Origin: an uncultured Gammaproteobacteria bacterium | GTDB lineage: Bacteria; Patescibacteriota; Patescibacteriia; UBA10025; JAHIVO01 | Reading direction: 5' to 3' | Assembly: GCA_964415025.1 (NCBI GenBank) | Contig: CAYPXF010000004.1 | Span: 9,138-73,137, forward strand | DNA: 64,000 bases | Shown here: positions 47,201-57,091 of the stretch, piece by piece | Numbering within the stretch: position 1 is the first letter of the stretch | Layout: each line of letters starts with the position of its first letter | Notes under the pieces: generated by a model | Told to the model about the DNA's origin: nothing | The model's input: the letters and a program-made list of their open reading frames with translations, nothing else | Database searches by the model: none | Made by a program: the position numbers and the translations under genes

Positions 47201-50200
47201 GATCAACTATGTCGTCGTTTTGTACGGTCACCGGAATTTCAGCGGTATATGAATTGCCGTTTGCGTCGGTCACGACTGCCCGCAATGTATAGGCACCGTT
47301 AGGATACAGTGGATCGCCGCTGCCGTCCGTATCGACCGTATTCCACGACTGGGTACAGGTCACTGACGGCGCGCCATTTGGACATGACCAGGATGACTTG
47401 CCGACAACGAGCATGATAAAGCTGCTGATCGTATTATTATCAGTAGCTTGGGCCGTTACCGGTTCCGCGGTCCCGGAAACCGTAGCGCCCTCGGCCGGCT
47501 CGATAAAGATAACAAACGGCGCTGACGTATCATTTGTGTCCGGAATAATAATAATAGCATAATCCTGACGTGTCACGTTGCCGACATTATCATACGCATG
47601 CACTGAGAAGATGTAATCACCCGGCGCGTATTCTGTAGTATCAAAGCTCCAATTCCATGAAGCGCTGTCCGTATCAGTATATTTGCGAATACCATCCACG
47701 AAAAACTCCACCCGATCCACGCCGCTGGGCGGTGTACCCTGATCAACAACTGTTACTACCAGCGGCCACGTACCTGACATATTGATCCCATCAACTACTG
47801 GCGTGCCGTTCTCATGAGTAACCTGCTGAATATCCGGCCCCTCATGGTCCTGGGCTGTTCCAGTAGCGTCGTACCGATAGTTGTAGCAGGGACATTGACT
47901 GCCGCCGCTGCCCTGACAGGCGTCACCTGCATAATTAATCAGCGTACCAGGCCCCGTATATTCCATAGTAGCAAATAAATCAGCGCTATCACCGTTTGAA
48001 TGAACCCGATACATATAAATATGAGAGCCAATCGGACACTCAAACACCTTGGTCTGATCATTCCAGCACGTATTCTGATCAAATCCATCTGCTTCGCGGC
48101 ATATTATAGGATCCGGCACATCAAACGTGTTGAGCGGATCAGTCGGCAGACCGCTCTGGGCTAGGACAGCCGGCACCAGCAGACGCTGGACCAGCGACCG
48201 GCCGGATAATTGGTCTGCCCAGGCCAATACCTGGCTGCCGAGCGTGTCCTGCCATGAGGGCCAGGCCGAGGTAGTAATCCCCTGGACAAACGTACCGCCC
48301 TCGAGCAGGGGCATAGTGCCGTTTTTCTCTTTATAATCCAGTACATATGAATGGATTTCCTCTAAGTCCTGCAACCGCTGCAGATCACGCTGCATTTTTT
48401 CCCTGGCCGTGGGCAACATATTGAGATTAAACACCCAATTAGCCAGTAATTTATTATAAATTGCGATAGTATCATTCGAAGCACCCTCGTTATATGATAT
48501 CAGATAAATATACGGCACTAATGCGCTGTTCTCTAGGTTCATAACACCGACATATACCGAGCGTCCGGCCCGCACCGCTTCAAATCCGTCCACGGTCAGC
48601 TCCTGCGGCTCTGGAGCAGTATCGCCGAATTGATTGCGGTACCACTGCCGCGGTGAACGGGTCTGTTCATTTTCTAAAATCCGGATACCAATGCCGTCAG
48701 ACGTATTATCCCGGAGCAGAAAATACTCCTTGACCACTTCATCGTCACCGTTACTATTGTCTGGACTAAACTCACGCACAATCACGTCACTGGTAGGCTT
48801 GAGCAGCGGCAAATCAGTGTTGTCGCGGCAGTACCAGGTCGAGAAATTCGCGACCATAGGCGTAGCCGGCGCTCCGTCGACCGTGTCCACCAAGCCATTG
48901 GCAATGAATGGGAACGTGTCGTTTTCCGGGGCATAGGGATGTGGCCACGGCCGCTGGCATATACCGACCGTTACCTTGGCTCGGCCGGTCTTGGTACTGC
49001 CGGTATAATTATCAGTCGCCATAATGCCGACATAGGCGCGGCCGTTCGTCGGATTAGCAGTCACGTAATCAGACCGCCCGCCGCTGCCGGCCAAATCAAT
49101 GATGTCATTGGGGTCATCCTCGGTCCAATTCGAATACGTAGCAGTCACCTCTATGCCGTCTGCGTCCACTGCCCGGGCCGTGAACAAATGCTGGTTGCCG
49201 GGGTCACCTAACAAATCATCACTGCAGCCGGTCTCCAGCGCGCAGGTAAACCGGTCTGGCGAAGAGTACTGGGCCGTGGCAGTATCTATTTGCCAGGCGA
49301 TATGGTCAATGGCGCACAACGTAGCGTCATTGGCCAGTGTCCAGGTCTGGGAATTCGATACGGCTTTTACGCCGTATTGGTTGGTAACACCTTCGGAAAC
49401 AGCTATTGTTATGGCGCTGATTGCCGCCGGATCATACACCGGATCAGGCCGGAACCTGAATCCGCTGTTATTCGGAATAATTGATCCGCTAATACTATTT
49501 CCACCCTGGTCAGTAACACTAATAGTCGTATCATCCATACTGGCCTGGTCCATGTCCACGCCAAACGTATCAAATGTGTAGTTTATTACCTGGTTTGTAC
49601 AATGTATCGTACTGCCTGGAGTCGGAATGGCGCTGTCAAACGTCGGCCGCTGGTAGCAGCACCGCGGATTATCATTACCGCAGCCGACAACAGTTGGATC
49701 ACCGCATTCATTATCATTAACACAGCCGCAGTATAATCCTCGTTCTGACCCCGTACATAACCCTTTGTCCGGATAACATTCGAGATTGCCGTGTGTTTGT
49801 GCCGGATTAGCGTCACAACACACGCGGCAGTCATCACCGTAAGGCGGCGGCTCTGGCGGGGGCGGCACCAGTGATGACGTGTCGCCAGTACTACTGTAGC
49901 AATCATACTTACCGGCCGCGACTGCCGGACCAGTAGCACAATTCGGATTTTCCGGTGTCTGGGGAGTGCTATCATTTTCCCTGATACGGCATAGCTGACC
50001 AGGCGACCCATTACTGCACTCGGCCGCGTCCTGGCAAATATTATTTTTACAGCAGCCAGTGGCACAATCAGTATCTGCAGCACAACTGATGCCAAACTCC
50101 AACGCATTTGAAGCGCATCCCTGTACCTCTACTCTAGCCGGTCCGGTCTGGGCATTAGGCGGTACGAGAGCGCCCTCATATGTAGTGCCGGTACCGCTGC

Positions 50201-53200
50201 CCGAATTTTCATCTATAAAACCACCTGCTCCATCAGAAAACTGCGCGTGTGTGTTTGGCGGCGAACCAACGAGATTAAAACCGTTAAATTTCACAACATC
50301 GCCCTCCTTGCCGCTCGGGGGCTCTAGCGGCGGACATAAACCAGGCAGGCCTGATGCTGGTACACTGGCACCCCCGGCACATAAGTTAGTGATAGTGAAA
50401 TCACGCGTATCTCCAGACTCTGGGGAATGCCCGCTGTCAGTCGTTACACTCACCGGGATCATGCCGGTTGCCTGGATCGGATTTTGGACAATAATCCGTG
50501 AGTCAGTCCAGCTGGTATTGCCGCATACTGGCGGGGCAATGTCGCTGCCAAACTCGACAAAACCAGACCCCTGCGTATCACCAAAATAACAGCCATTCAC
50601 CGTCACGATTGTCTCGTGCGGACCGGACGAGGGGCTTAGTGCTGTTACTGCCGGCGTGCAGCGGTTGGTAACGGGATCACATACTGAATTACTGCCTGGG
50701 CAATTATCCTGGCAATGCTGGTCTGTCTCGCAATCAGTAATAGTTAATTCGCCCTGGGTAATGGCACTGTTTGTGCCGTCTGTAGCAGTGACATCAACAT
50801 AGACCGGATCGTTGTCAGTGCGGTTTTCGGTCAAAATCTCCGCGGTATTCAAAATAGTAGTGCTGACTAAAGCCCGGTCAGGACTGCGGGCCAGCGGATC
50901 AGTAATGCCCCAATTCCAGGAATACCCAGTTGGGTCGAGGATCTGGCCGGACGGATCACAGCTGTCCGGTGAGCCGAGCGCCTGGGCATGATAATTAATC
51001 GTATTGTTAATCGCTTCCTGCTTTGTCTCCGGTGTAATATCAATACTGGCAATCTGGCACAGATTTGGGTCGTCCTTGGTCTGAAACGTCCAGGAAAACG
51101 CGTCATTCACATTATCATCATTAGAATCATAATTCAATCCGGTGAGACTGCCTCCCGTACTATTAGTAATCGTTCCGTCCAGCACCACACGATACCGCTG
51201 ATTCTGGACAAAGGGCGGCGTATCGAGCACTACCTGAAAAATTGTGTACGGATTCAAATAACTAGCTACGATACTGTCTAGCGCTACTGGTGTGAGCACA
51301 GTGCAAGCTGTATCGCCGCACGTATATACATGTACGTTAGCTGTATCCATACTAGCTGATACGTCCTTACTAATTAGTCCACCGATATTAGCATTGACAC
51401 AGGCGCTACTACAGGTAGGAGCGTACCATAACATGACAGAGCCCTCTGGCGGGATTGGCAGAATTTCAAACGGCAACCGGTTGGTTGAGCCGGCATCATT
51501 CTGTATCCAGACGTCATTTGATCCATAATCCAGTGGATCCACGACATTGGGCGTGTCGCCACGTGCTTCATTATCAGCCCAGGCTGTCACCGTCGCTAAT
51601 TTATCATTCATTAATTCAAAATGGATATCTTGGATAGCGCTGGCCGCGTCAAACCGGATACCGGTCGCGCGGACAGGAGTGAGATTAGGATAGCCGACGT
51701 CCGGAATCAGATCATAGAGACACGGTCCGGTGGCCTCGCCAGTGCCATTGATATAAAAAGTGGCAGGATTGCTCTCAATCGGCGGATCATATTCTGGATC
51801 GTCATAATCTATCTCCACCGTAATATCTGGATGTTCTGGCGTCGGGACAAATGCATACGGCGGATTTGGTACCGTGGTTGTCAGCCACGTGCCGTCAGCA
51901 TCTGATCCCTCAACCGTAGCCGTGATTTCGCCGTGATTACTATGATCAAACGTAATCTCTGGTACGGCGCTATGATTTGTCGTCCCCTTAAAACAGCGTC
52001 CGCTGATAGTCAGACATTCGCCGTTTAAGCCCTGGTTCGGACTTAATCCCGCAATAACCGGCTCGCACGCGCAGGCCTCTTGCGTCGCTGTGGTAAATTG
52101 CCATGTCTTATCTAGCGTATTACCATCAATATCCATGACCATGTTCGTATCCACGAGTACGTCAAAGGTCGTATTCGTCGGGAGAGGAACTGCCGGATGT
52201 ACCACAAAATGTTTGTTTTCCAGCGCCGGAGTAGACGGATTATAATCAGCCACTTCTAATCTGTTACCATTGCCGTCAGTTATCTGCTGTTCCAGATTAT
52301 ACGGCCGAATCGGACCGATATTGATGTTATAGCTGGCTCCATCAGTCACGGTAAATGACACCTCCTGGTAAAACATGCTGGTATTGAACACAATGCCGAT
52401 ATCAGTATCTGGACACGCCTTATTGTTTTTCGGATACCAGGTGGCTACGCCGGGCATTTTATCATTGGTCTGGAATTCCCAGTCCACACCCGCAGCCATG
52501 GGATTACTGCACAGGTCTTCGACATTAGCAACCATAATGCGATACCAGGTAAATGATTCCAGCGGATTAATCATGGGATCCTCAATATATACCTCAAATC
52601 CCGTACCGTCCGCCGTTTGAGAAACTGACAGCTGGTTATTTGGGTATGTTCCGACAACTGCACCGTTCTCACCGTCTAACTGCTCCAATACAAAGTTACC
52701 GGCAATCGGCCGGCCGCTGGCGTCAATAATAGTTGTATCATCGATTGACTCATTGAATTTTACGGTCATAATCGGGGTACGGTCGACGTACCTGTTGGGA
52801 TACTGTGGATGGGTGCGTAATTGCGGATACGCGGTTACTATTTCCGGTGGCACGTCATCGACCGTGTCGTTTGTCTCAAATGTCCACTCATACCTGCTTT
52901 CGCCGCCATTATACGTACAAAATGGCGCAGTACAATCATCTAATGTCAGCCCGGCCGTATCAGCTATAGACTCCGGCATCCATAATGCATGATCGTGAAA
53001 TGCTTCAAATAAGCTGTTCGGGTGCTTAAACGTGACTGATTTGCGCCGGGTAACCCAATCCCCGGTCACCTGCACCGCTGGGCTGGACCCGGTATCACGT
53101 ACCTGGATAGTGTTATTGGTAATGGCATCTTGGATTGTCTGATCATCAACATCATGGTTAAACAGCGACTTAACCGCGCTGCAGCGGTGCACGTCCAGAT

Positions 53201-53753
53201 GCGGATCAGCCCCGTCATGGGCTGTCTGAAATTCACGCAAGGCGAATTGTTGTGGAGTAAGCATACAACCCGAAATATCTTGCCATACCCACACACCGCC
53301 AATACATAACTCACAAGCGCCCCGCCATGTACCGTCAACACACGGACTGGGTCCGCCGGTCAGATCCAGTGTCTGCTCGATGATAAAGGTGACTATAGCC
53401 CAGGCCAGGAGCACGATCACCAGACCGATCACTGCCCTGGTGATAATCTTCTTCGCCTTGGCGACCTTGTCCTGGTTACCAGCCGCGGTCATCCACACAA
53501 ATCCGCCGTACAATATCATGATCACGGCCACCAAACCCAAAAAGCCCAACGCCCACTGGACTATACTAATAATAGTCGAAACCAGATCCGCCGTACCCAG
53601 ACCAAAGGTCGTACCCATGGCCGGATCAACATCGACCTGGGCAATGGCCGTATCAGTACCCAGATAAAACGCTCCCAACATCAGTAATATGATGCAGCAG
53701 CCGATGCCCAGAACGATCCCGGCAAAAAAAGTATTTTTATTCTTTCCTCCCAT
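44298..53753 (-). CDS. Giant (3151 aa) surface protein: VirB2/TrbC-like pilin N-terminus, Ig-like and IPT/TIG domains, Cys-rich C-terminal repeats
   Basis: LVSTIISIVQWALGFLGLVAVIMILYGGFVWMTAAGNQDKVAKAKKIIT..VIGLVIVL pilin; W.F.T Ig repeats; A.D..GN Big repeats; CGDG..EECDG, DDDCDG and CDDGNPCT repeats. Confidence 0.88.
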   Translation of the reverse strand: MGGKNKNTFFAGIVLGIGCCIILLMLGAFYLGTDTAIAQVDVDPAMGTTFGLGTADLVSTIISIVQWALGFLGLVAVIMILYGGFVWMTAAGNQDKVAKAKKIITRAVIGLVIVLLAWAIVTFIIEQTLDLTGGPSPCVDGTWRGACELCIGGVWVWQDISGCMLTPQQFALREFQTAHDGADPHLDVHRCSAVKSLFNHDVDDQTIQDAITNNTIQVRDTGSSPAVQVTGDWVTRRKSVTFKHPNSLFEAFHDHALWMPESIADTAGLTLDDCTAPFCTYNGGESRYEWTFETNDTVDDVPPEIVTAYPQLRTHPQYPNRYVDRTPIMTVKFNESIDDTTIIDASGRPIAGNFVLEQLDGENGAVVGTYPNNQLSVSQTADGTGFEVYIEDPMINPLESFTWYRIMVANVEDLCSNPMAAGVDWEFQTNDKMPGVATWYPKNNKACPDTDIGIVFNTSMFYQEVSFTVTDGASYNINIGPIRPYNLEQQITDGNGNRLEVADYNPSTPALENKHFVVHPAVPLPTNTTFDVLVDTNMVMDIDGNTLDKTWQFTTATQEACACEPVIAGLSPNQGLNGECLTISGRCFKGTTNHSAVPEITFDHSNHGEITATVEGSDADGTWLTTTVPNPPYAFVPTPEHPDITVEIDYDDPEYDPPIESNPATFYINGTGEATGPCLYDLIPDVGYPNLTPVRATGIRFDAASAIQDIHFELMNDKLATVTAWADNEARGDTPNVVDPLDYGSNDVWIQNDAGSTNRLPFEILPIPPEGSVMLWYAPTCSSACVNANIGGLISKDVSASMDTANVHVYTCGDTACTVLTPVALDSIVASYLNPYTIFQVVLDTPPFVQNQRYRVVLDGTITNSTGGSLTGLNYDSNDDNVNDAFSWTFQTKDDPNLCQIASIDITPETKQEAINNTINYHAQALGSPDSCDPSGQILDPTGYSWNWGITDPLARSPDRALVSTTILNTAEILTENRTDNDPVYVDVTATDGTNSAITQGELTITDCETDQHCQDNCPGSNSVCDPVTNRCTPAVTALSPSSGPHETIVTVNGCYFGDTQGSGFVEFGSDIAPPVCGNTSWTDSRIIVQNPIQATGMIPVSVTTDSGHSPESGDTRDFTITNLCAGGASVPASGLPGLCPPLEPPSGKEGDVVKFNGFNLVGSPPNTHAQFSDGAGGFIDENSGSGTGTTYEGALVPPNAQTGPARVEVQGCASNALEFGISCAADTDCATGCCKNNICQDAAECSNGSPGQLCRIRENDSTPQTPENPNCATGPAVAAGKYDCYSSTGDTSSLVPPPPEPPPYGDDCRVCCDANPAQTHGNLECYPDKGLCTGSERGLYCGCVNDNECGDPTVVGCGNDNPRCCYQRPTFDSAIPTPGSTIHCTNQVINYTFDTFGVDMDQASMDDTTISVTDQGGNSISGSIIPNNSGFRFRPDPVYDPAAISAITIAVSEGVTNQYGVKAVSNSQTWTLANDATLCAIDHIAWQIDTATAQYSSPDRFTCALETGCSDDLLGDPGNQHLFTARAVDADGIEVTATYSNWTEDDPNDIIDLAGSGGRSDYVTANPTNGRAYVGIMATDNYTGSTKTGRAKVTVGICQRPWPHPYAPENDTFPFIANGLVDTVDGAPATPMVANFSTWYCRDNTDLPLLKPTSDVIVREFSPDNSNGDDEVVKEYFLLRDNTSDGIGIRILENEQTRSPRQWYRNQFGDTAPEPQELTVDGFEAVRAGRSVYVGVMNLENSALVPYIYLISYNEGASNDTIAIYNKLLANWVFNLNMLPTAREKMQRDLQRLQDLEEIHSYVLDYKEKNGTMPLLEGGTFVQGITTSAWPSWQDTLGSQVLAWADQLSGRSLVQRLLVPAVLAQSGLPTDPLNTFDVPDPIICREADGFDQNTCWNDQTKVFECPIGSHIYMYRVHSNGDSADLFATMEYTGPGTLINYAGDACQGSGGSQCPCYNYRYDATGTAQDHEGPDIQQVTHENGTPVVDGINMSGTWPLVVTVVDQGTPPSGVDRVEFFVDGIRKYTDTDSASWNWSFDTTEYAPGDYIFSVHAYDNVGNVTRQDYAIIIIPDTNDTSAPFVIFIEPAEGATVSGTAEPVTAQATDNNTISSFIMLVVGKSSWSCPNGAPSVTCTQSWNTVDTDGSGDPLYPNGAYTLRAVVTDANGNSYTAEIPVTVQNDDIVDPSVSIDTPTNGQTLNANITATGSVTDDQHVNRVEVYVDDILRGNATIDEGANTWSWDWQIGQFTNAPHRLTVIAYDDAGNTAAGQINVIINNTADDNEKPRVVFTRPQTPVYGADVFGNTTLTVDATDNIGIVQVNFYRDYIIRHTDVAPDYAWTFDPEKISAGWHTFQVDAIDAAGNRSEAIEIRLNIRGGGAPMCGDGIVTPHLGEECDGEDLNGQSCVTLGYDCGDLECVEAGAGNECRFNESQCVDATCGNGIIECNEQCEAASDCSCGTGVPQCNNCTCSCTECTPNDTRQCGQTDVGECSFGTQTCTAAGNWGSCIGAIYPTQEECFNSLDDDCDGAIDMADSDCATTCTDGDTQCVGSQKTQTCVGGVWVDDTFEKINDCSFPRWKGDCTLGSSCYGGTVACQDYGQAQVYCMNTSGTIQCNATCQSGFSDLYQTCCVDCNAQADPDGWCADTDPCTNDQCEADGSCSHTPVAEGTSCGTGQLCCGSPPICMTTASCGECSGQPDGTTCTDDGNVCTDDTCQGGTCTHSANNASCDDGNPCTTGDQCSGGSCQLATDRHNVLEPACGPLNNMCCSGNCAYRCQNDADCDDGNSGTTDTCVNGGTCNAICQYAMASNCGNITIDPNEDCDGSNLNGMTCEDFGYAGGTLGCVAPGSAQECTYDFSSCTLGCTGQPDGKDCRISGSLRNGVCKSNVCLDYSYRIDISSTGAPAIVNEYLMIEDQGIASAVSDSAPGIVYVANNNSANPELKEILLVQATIAGIRYDLYGRNNSGGSWTSDVTVEVKNQATTPIYSVTPDLTCAAYPWWQIARFTFSTAGGFGSWNEVNRQVSTYTPNASSANMDIMGMPYRGDRDYCCVDNSQCVIETTCNTGTNRCNRYCGDGVCDYIVEDPNTCPDDCGTDWCAYECDKSFGPTNVSGEMCVATKGECGDQKYECSPPDDTLPGCFNYCCCLLKNNDCPF

Positions 53754-53801
53754 AATGTATGTATGGTACCGAACGGCCTGTCCTCACGGACAGGAATATA
53801 T

Positions 53802-54251
53802 TTATGAATTATTGACCTTTTGTTTGACAATGTCTGAAACTGCCTGGCCATCAGCCTGGCCCTGGATACGAGCCATGACCTGTTTCATGACTCCGCCTAT
53901 GTTTTTCTCCGCCTGATCAATAGAGTCCAGAACCTCATCTACTATCTCACTGATCTTTTCCTCGGATAGCTGGTCAGGCAGATATTGTTTGATAATACTA
54001 AGCTCGGTCTGTTCCTTATCAGCCAGTTCCTGGCGTCCGCCCTGCTCATATGCCTGGATTGAATCTTTACGCTTCTTGGCTTCACTGCCTAATACTTTGA
54101 GGGTCTCTGCATCTGACAGAACGTCTTTTTTCAGCTCGATAGCTTTATTATGCAGAGCTGACTTGAGCATACGCAAAACAGAGACTGTTACCGCCTCTTT
54201 TTGCTTCATGGCCTCTGTGATGTCGGCCGCTAGTTTGTCAGCGATGCTCAT
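53802..54251 (-). CDS. GatB/YqeY domain protein
   Basis: AMK.K....SVLRMLKS, KKRKDSI..Y..GGR.ELA.KE, YLPDQLSE. Confidence 0.93.
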   Translation of the reverse strand: MSIADKLAADITEAMKQKEAVTVSVLRMLKSALHNKAIELKKDVLSDAETLKVLGSEAKKRKDSIQAYEQGGRQELADKEQTELSIIKQYLPDQLSEEKISEIVDEVLDSIDQAEKNIGGVMKQVMARIQGQADGQAVSDIVKQKVNNS

Positions 54252-54294
54252 GCCCGAAATTTGATTTGTTTTTTATGGTGAGCGGGCGTCTGTC

Positions 54295-54582
54295 CTATTT
54301 GCGGACTTTTGCCTGCAGCAATTTTTTGATCGTGCCGCGTTTATTCGGCCTGCGTGGATCGATAAAGTCTTCTAGCTTGCCAATTTTACGAAGGTATTCT
54401 TTTTTCTCTTTTATCTCCTTGCGGCGGGCAGCGGTTTCGCGCTCCTCACGCTTACTGCTTTTTGGCTGATAAAAGCGGTTGCCTTTGGCGCGCAACAGCA
54501 CGCCGCTGGACTGCACCTTTTTCGTAAACCGACGCATCAAATTTTCTGGCGATTCGCCGTCTTTTCTGGTTACTTCAACCAC
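54295..54582 (-). CDS. rpsU: 30S ribosomal protein bS21
   Basis: VEVTRKDGES.E.LMRRF.KKV..SGVL...K..RFY.P; upstream of yqeY (conserved rpsU-yqeY order); GTG start with GGAGGTGA SD. Confidence 0.85.
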   Translation of the reverse strand: MVEVTRKDGESPENLMRRFTKKVQSSGVLLRAKGNRFYQPKSSKREERETAARRKEIKEKKEYLRKIGKLEDFIDPRRPNKRGTIKKLLQAKVRK

Positions 54583-54724
54583 GAAATATTGTCACCTCCC
54601 CTGAATAGGGTATTAATAATTATTGTGAATAAAACTAGACTTAATATACCATATTGCACCGACTAGTGTCAATTAATCGGTAACGGCTTCGGATACAGGG
54701 CCTGCATATAGGCTGTATAAGCGG

Positions 54725-55069
54725 CTATCCAAGCGGTGGCAAGAGTTTGCCGCCCAGCAAATGCCAGTGCAAATGTTTTACTTGCTGTCCTGCATCAGGG
54801 CCAGTATTAGCTAAGATTCGGTATCCGCTTTCAGCTATACCCATGTCTGCGGCCACAGACTTCAGCTGGCGTACCATACGGCCAACCAGATCATCATGAG
54901 ACGCGTCTATTTGGTTGAGCGACGGGATGTGCTCTTTTGGTACGGCCAATATATGGGCCGGAGCCTGGGGCTGGATATCCTTAAATATGATAAAATCCTC
55001 TGCTTCATGCAGCGTATCGGCTTCTGTTTCGTGGCGGACAATTTTACAAAAAATGCATTTATCTGACAT
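54725..55069 (-). CDS. HIT family nucleotide-binding protein
   Basis: CIFCKI, PQAPAHIL.VPK, HLHWHLLGG. Confidence 0.93.
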   Translation of the reverse strand: MSDKCIFCKIVRHETEADTLHEAEDFIIFKDIQPQAPAHILAVPKEHIPSLNQIDASHDDLVGRMVRQLKSVAADMGIAESGYRILANTGPDAGQQVKHLHWHLLGGKLLPPLG

Positions 55070-55082
55070 AAGTGATGAATAT

Positions 55083-56441
55083 TTATGAATTATCTTTTTT
55101 CTCTACGACGTTGCTTTTCTGGAGGCGCTTTTCCAGCTCCGGCACCAGCCGCTGATAATCAACCGTTTCCTGGAGGCCGCTCTCCATATCACGGATCAGG
55201 ATGGTATTATCCATGATTTCTTTTTGTCCGAGAATAACTGCAAACTTGGCCCCGCGCTTATTCGCCAGCTCCATCTGCGCCTTGAGTCCGTCCTTGGAAA
55301 AGTTTTCCCCGACCTGAAATCCTGATTGCCGAAGTTCTTCGAATAGTTTGAGGGATTTTTTACGGGCAGCGTCACCGAGCTGCGCCACAAAAACATCTGG
55401 ATGTGCTGCTGGCGGTTTGGGGACATCGCGCTCTTTCATCGCCATGATCAGGCGCTCAATACCACTGGCAAAACCGATCGCCGGCGTGGCCTGCCCTCCC
55501 AGCATTTTTATCAGCAGGTCATACCGTCCGCCGCCGCCAAGGGCTGATTGGGCTGACGATTTGATGGCCGCCTCATCGTCTGGCTGATCCGACTGCGGCC
55601 AGAGCTCAAACACCGTACCGGTGTAATAATCCAAACCGCGGACCAGGCGCGGATTGAGGACATAGGGAATCTCGAGTTCATCGAGATGCTCCAGCACCTT
55701 TACAAAATGTTGGTGTGATTCTTCGTCCAAATGATCGACAATCTGCGGAGCGTCCTGCGCCAGAATTTGGGCGTCGGGGTCTTTTGAATCCAAGAGGCGC
55801 AACGGATTTGTTTGCAGGCGCTGCTGGTCTTCCTCTGATAATGATTTTTTACGAGGTTTATAATAATCCAGCAGTATCTTCTTATACTGATTACGGCACT
55901 CTGGCGTGCCAATACTGTTTACCTGCAGTGAGACTGGCAGTCCTATTTCATCATAAAAACGATACGCCATCATCAGGAGCTGCGCGTCAATGACTGGATG
56001 ATTGTCGCCGATAGCCTCAAATCCAAACTGAAAAAACTGCCGATACCGACCGGCCTGGGGACGGTCATACCGGAAAAAGGGGCCGCGATAGTAGAGCTTC
56101 ACCGGCTGGGACCTGTTCAACATGCCATGCTCTATATAGGCGCGTACCACCCCTGCTGTCCCCTCCGGACGAAGTGAGACGCTGTCACCGCCTTTGTCAG
56201 TAAAGGTATACATTTCTTTTTCGATAATATCAGTCGCTTCGCCAACAGAACGGATAAACAAATCTGTTTCCTCGAGCAAGGGAGTATCAATCCGGCCAAA
56301 CCCATAGGCCTGCGCCATGGTATCTACAATATGCCTAATTTTTTCCCAATACGGCTGGTCTTCGGGCAGGATGTCCTTCATGCCGCGTAATAACTGGAAT
56401 GATTTTTTCTTTTTGGTTCTGTTGTTTCCCTTAGTGCTCAT
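55083..56441 (-). CDS. hisS: Histidyl-tRNA synthetase
   Basis: RGMKD, LRPEGTAG, RPQAGRYRQF, LVRGLDYY, GGGRYD, GIERL. Confidence 0.97.
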   Translation of the reverse strand: MSTKGNNRTKKKKSFQLLRGMKDILPEDQPYWEKIRHIVDTMAQAYGFGRIDTPLLEETDLFIRSVGEATDIIEKEMYTFTDKGGDSVSLRPEGTAGVVRAYIEHGMLNRSQPVKLYYRGPFFRYDRPQAGRYRQFFQFGFEAIGDNHPVIDAQLLMMAYRFYDEIGLPVSLQVNSIGTPECRNQYKKILLDYYKPRKKSLSEEDQQRLQTNPLRLLDSKDPDAQILAQDAPQIVDHLDEESHQHFVKVLEHLDELEIPYVLNPRLVRGLDYYTGTVFELWPQSDQPDDEAAIKSSAQSALGGGGRYDLLIKMLGGQATPAIGFASGIERLIMAMKERDVPKPPAAHPDVFVAQLGDAARKKSLKLFEELRQSGFQVGENFSKDGLKAQMELANKRGAKFAVILGQKEIMDNTILIRDMESGLQETVDYQRLVPELEKRLQKSNVVEKKDNS

Positions 56442-56458
56442 AGTATCCTTGATATGGA

Positions 56459-57091
56459 TTAATTAAATAAATATACTGGCGGGGCAAAGTGGCTAAATTC
56501 CTCAAACGGCCACACCCGTAACCAGGCTCGGCCGACAATATTATCTTCTGGCAGCGGGCCAAAACTCCTCGAATCCAGACTGACCGATCGGTTGTCGCCC
56601 ATGACATAATACTCGTCGCTATCGAGTGTAGCGGATTTGGTACCGCTGGTATACACTCCTTCGCCTAAATATGTTTCTTCCAAAACAATCCCGTCAGGAT
56701 ACTGCTGATTTCGTATCATCACTTCTCCATTACGAATCTCCAGTGTTTCTCCGGGCAGACCAATAATCCGTTTGATCAAATAATCTGTCTGGGTAGTAAC
56801 CGGTTTGATAACAACGACTTCGCCGCGTTTTGGCTCGGTAAAACGGTACGTAATCTCATCAATGATCAAATACTGGTTATCGTAAAACGAAGGCTCCATC
56901 GAAGCGCCCCGCACATAAAACGGCTGAAATAAGAAGTAGCGTACCGGAATGATAATGGCCAGGGCGATTAATATTATTTTGAGCAGCTCAATAACAAATC
57001 CCTTCGGGGATTTGGCAAACTCCGGAATCTCTTCTTCTGATTTTTTCTTTTTTATGTCTGCGGGTTCTGAACCGCTAAATGTAAGTCTCAT
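56459..57091 (-). CDS. lepB: Signal peptidase I
   Basis: GASMEP (catalytic Ser), YLIKRIIGLPGE (Lys), GDNR..SLDSR.FG. Confidence 0.95.
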   Translation of the reverse strand: MRLTFSGSEPADIKKKKSEEEIPEFAKSPKGFVIELLKIILIALAIIIPVRYFLFQPFYVRGASMEPSFYDNQYLIIDEITYRFTEPKRGEVVVIKPVTTQTDYLIKRIIGLPGETLEIRNGEVMIRNQQYPDGIVLEETYLGEGVYTSGTKSATLDSDEYYVMGDNRSVSLDSRSFGPLPEDNIVGRAWLRVWPFEEFSHFAPPVYLFN

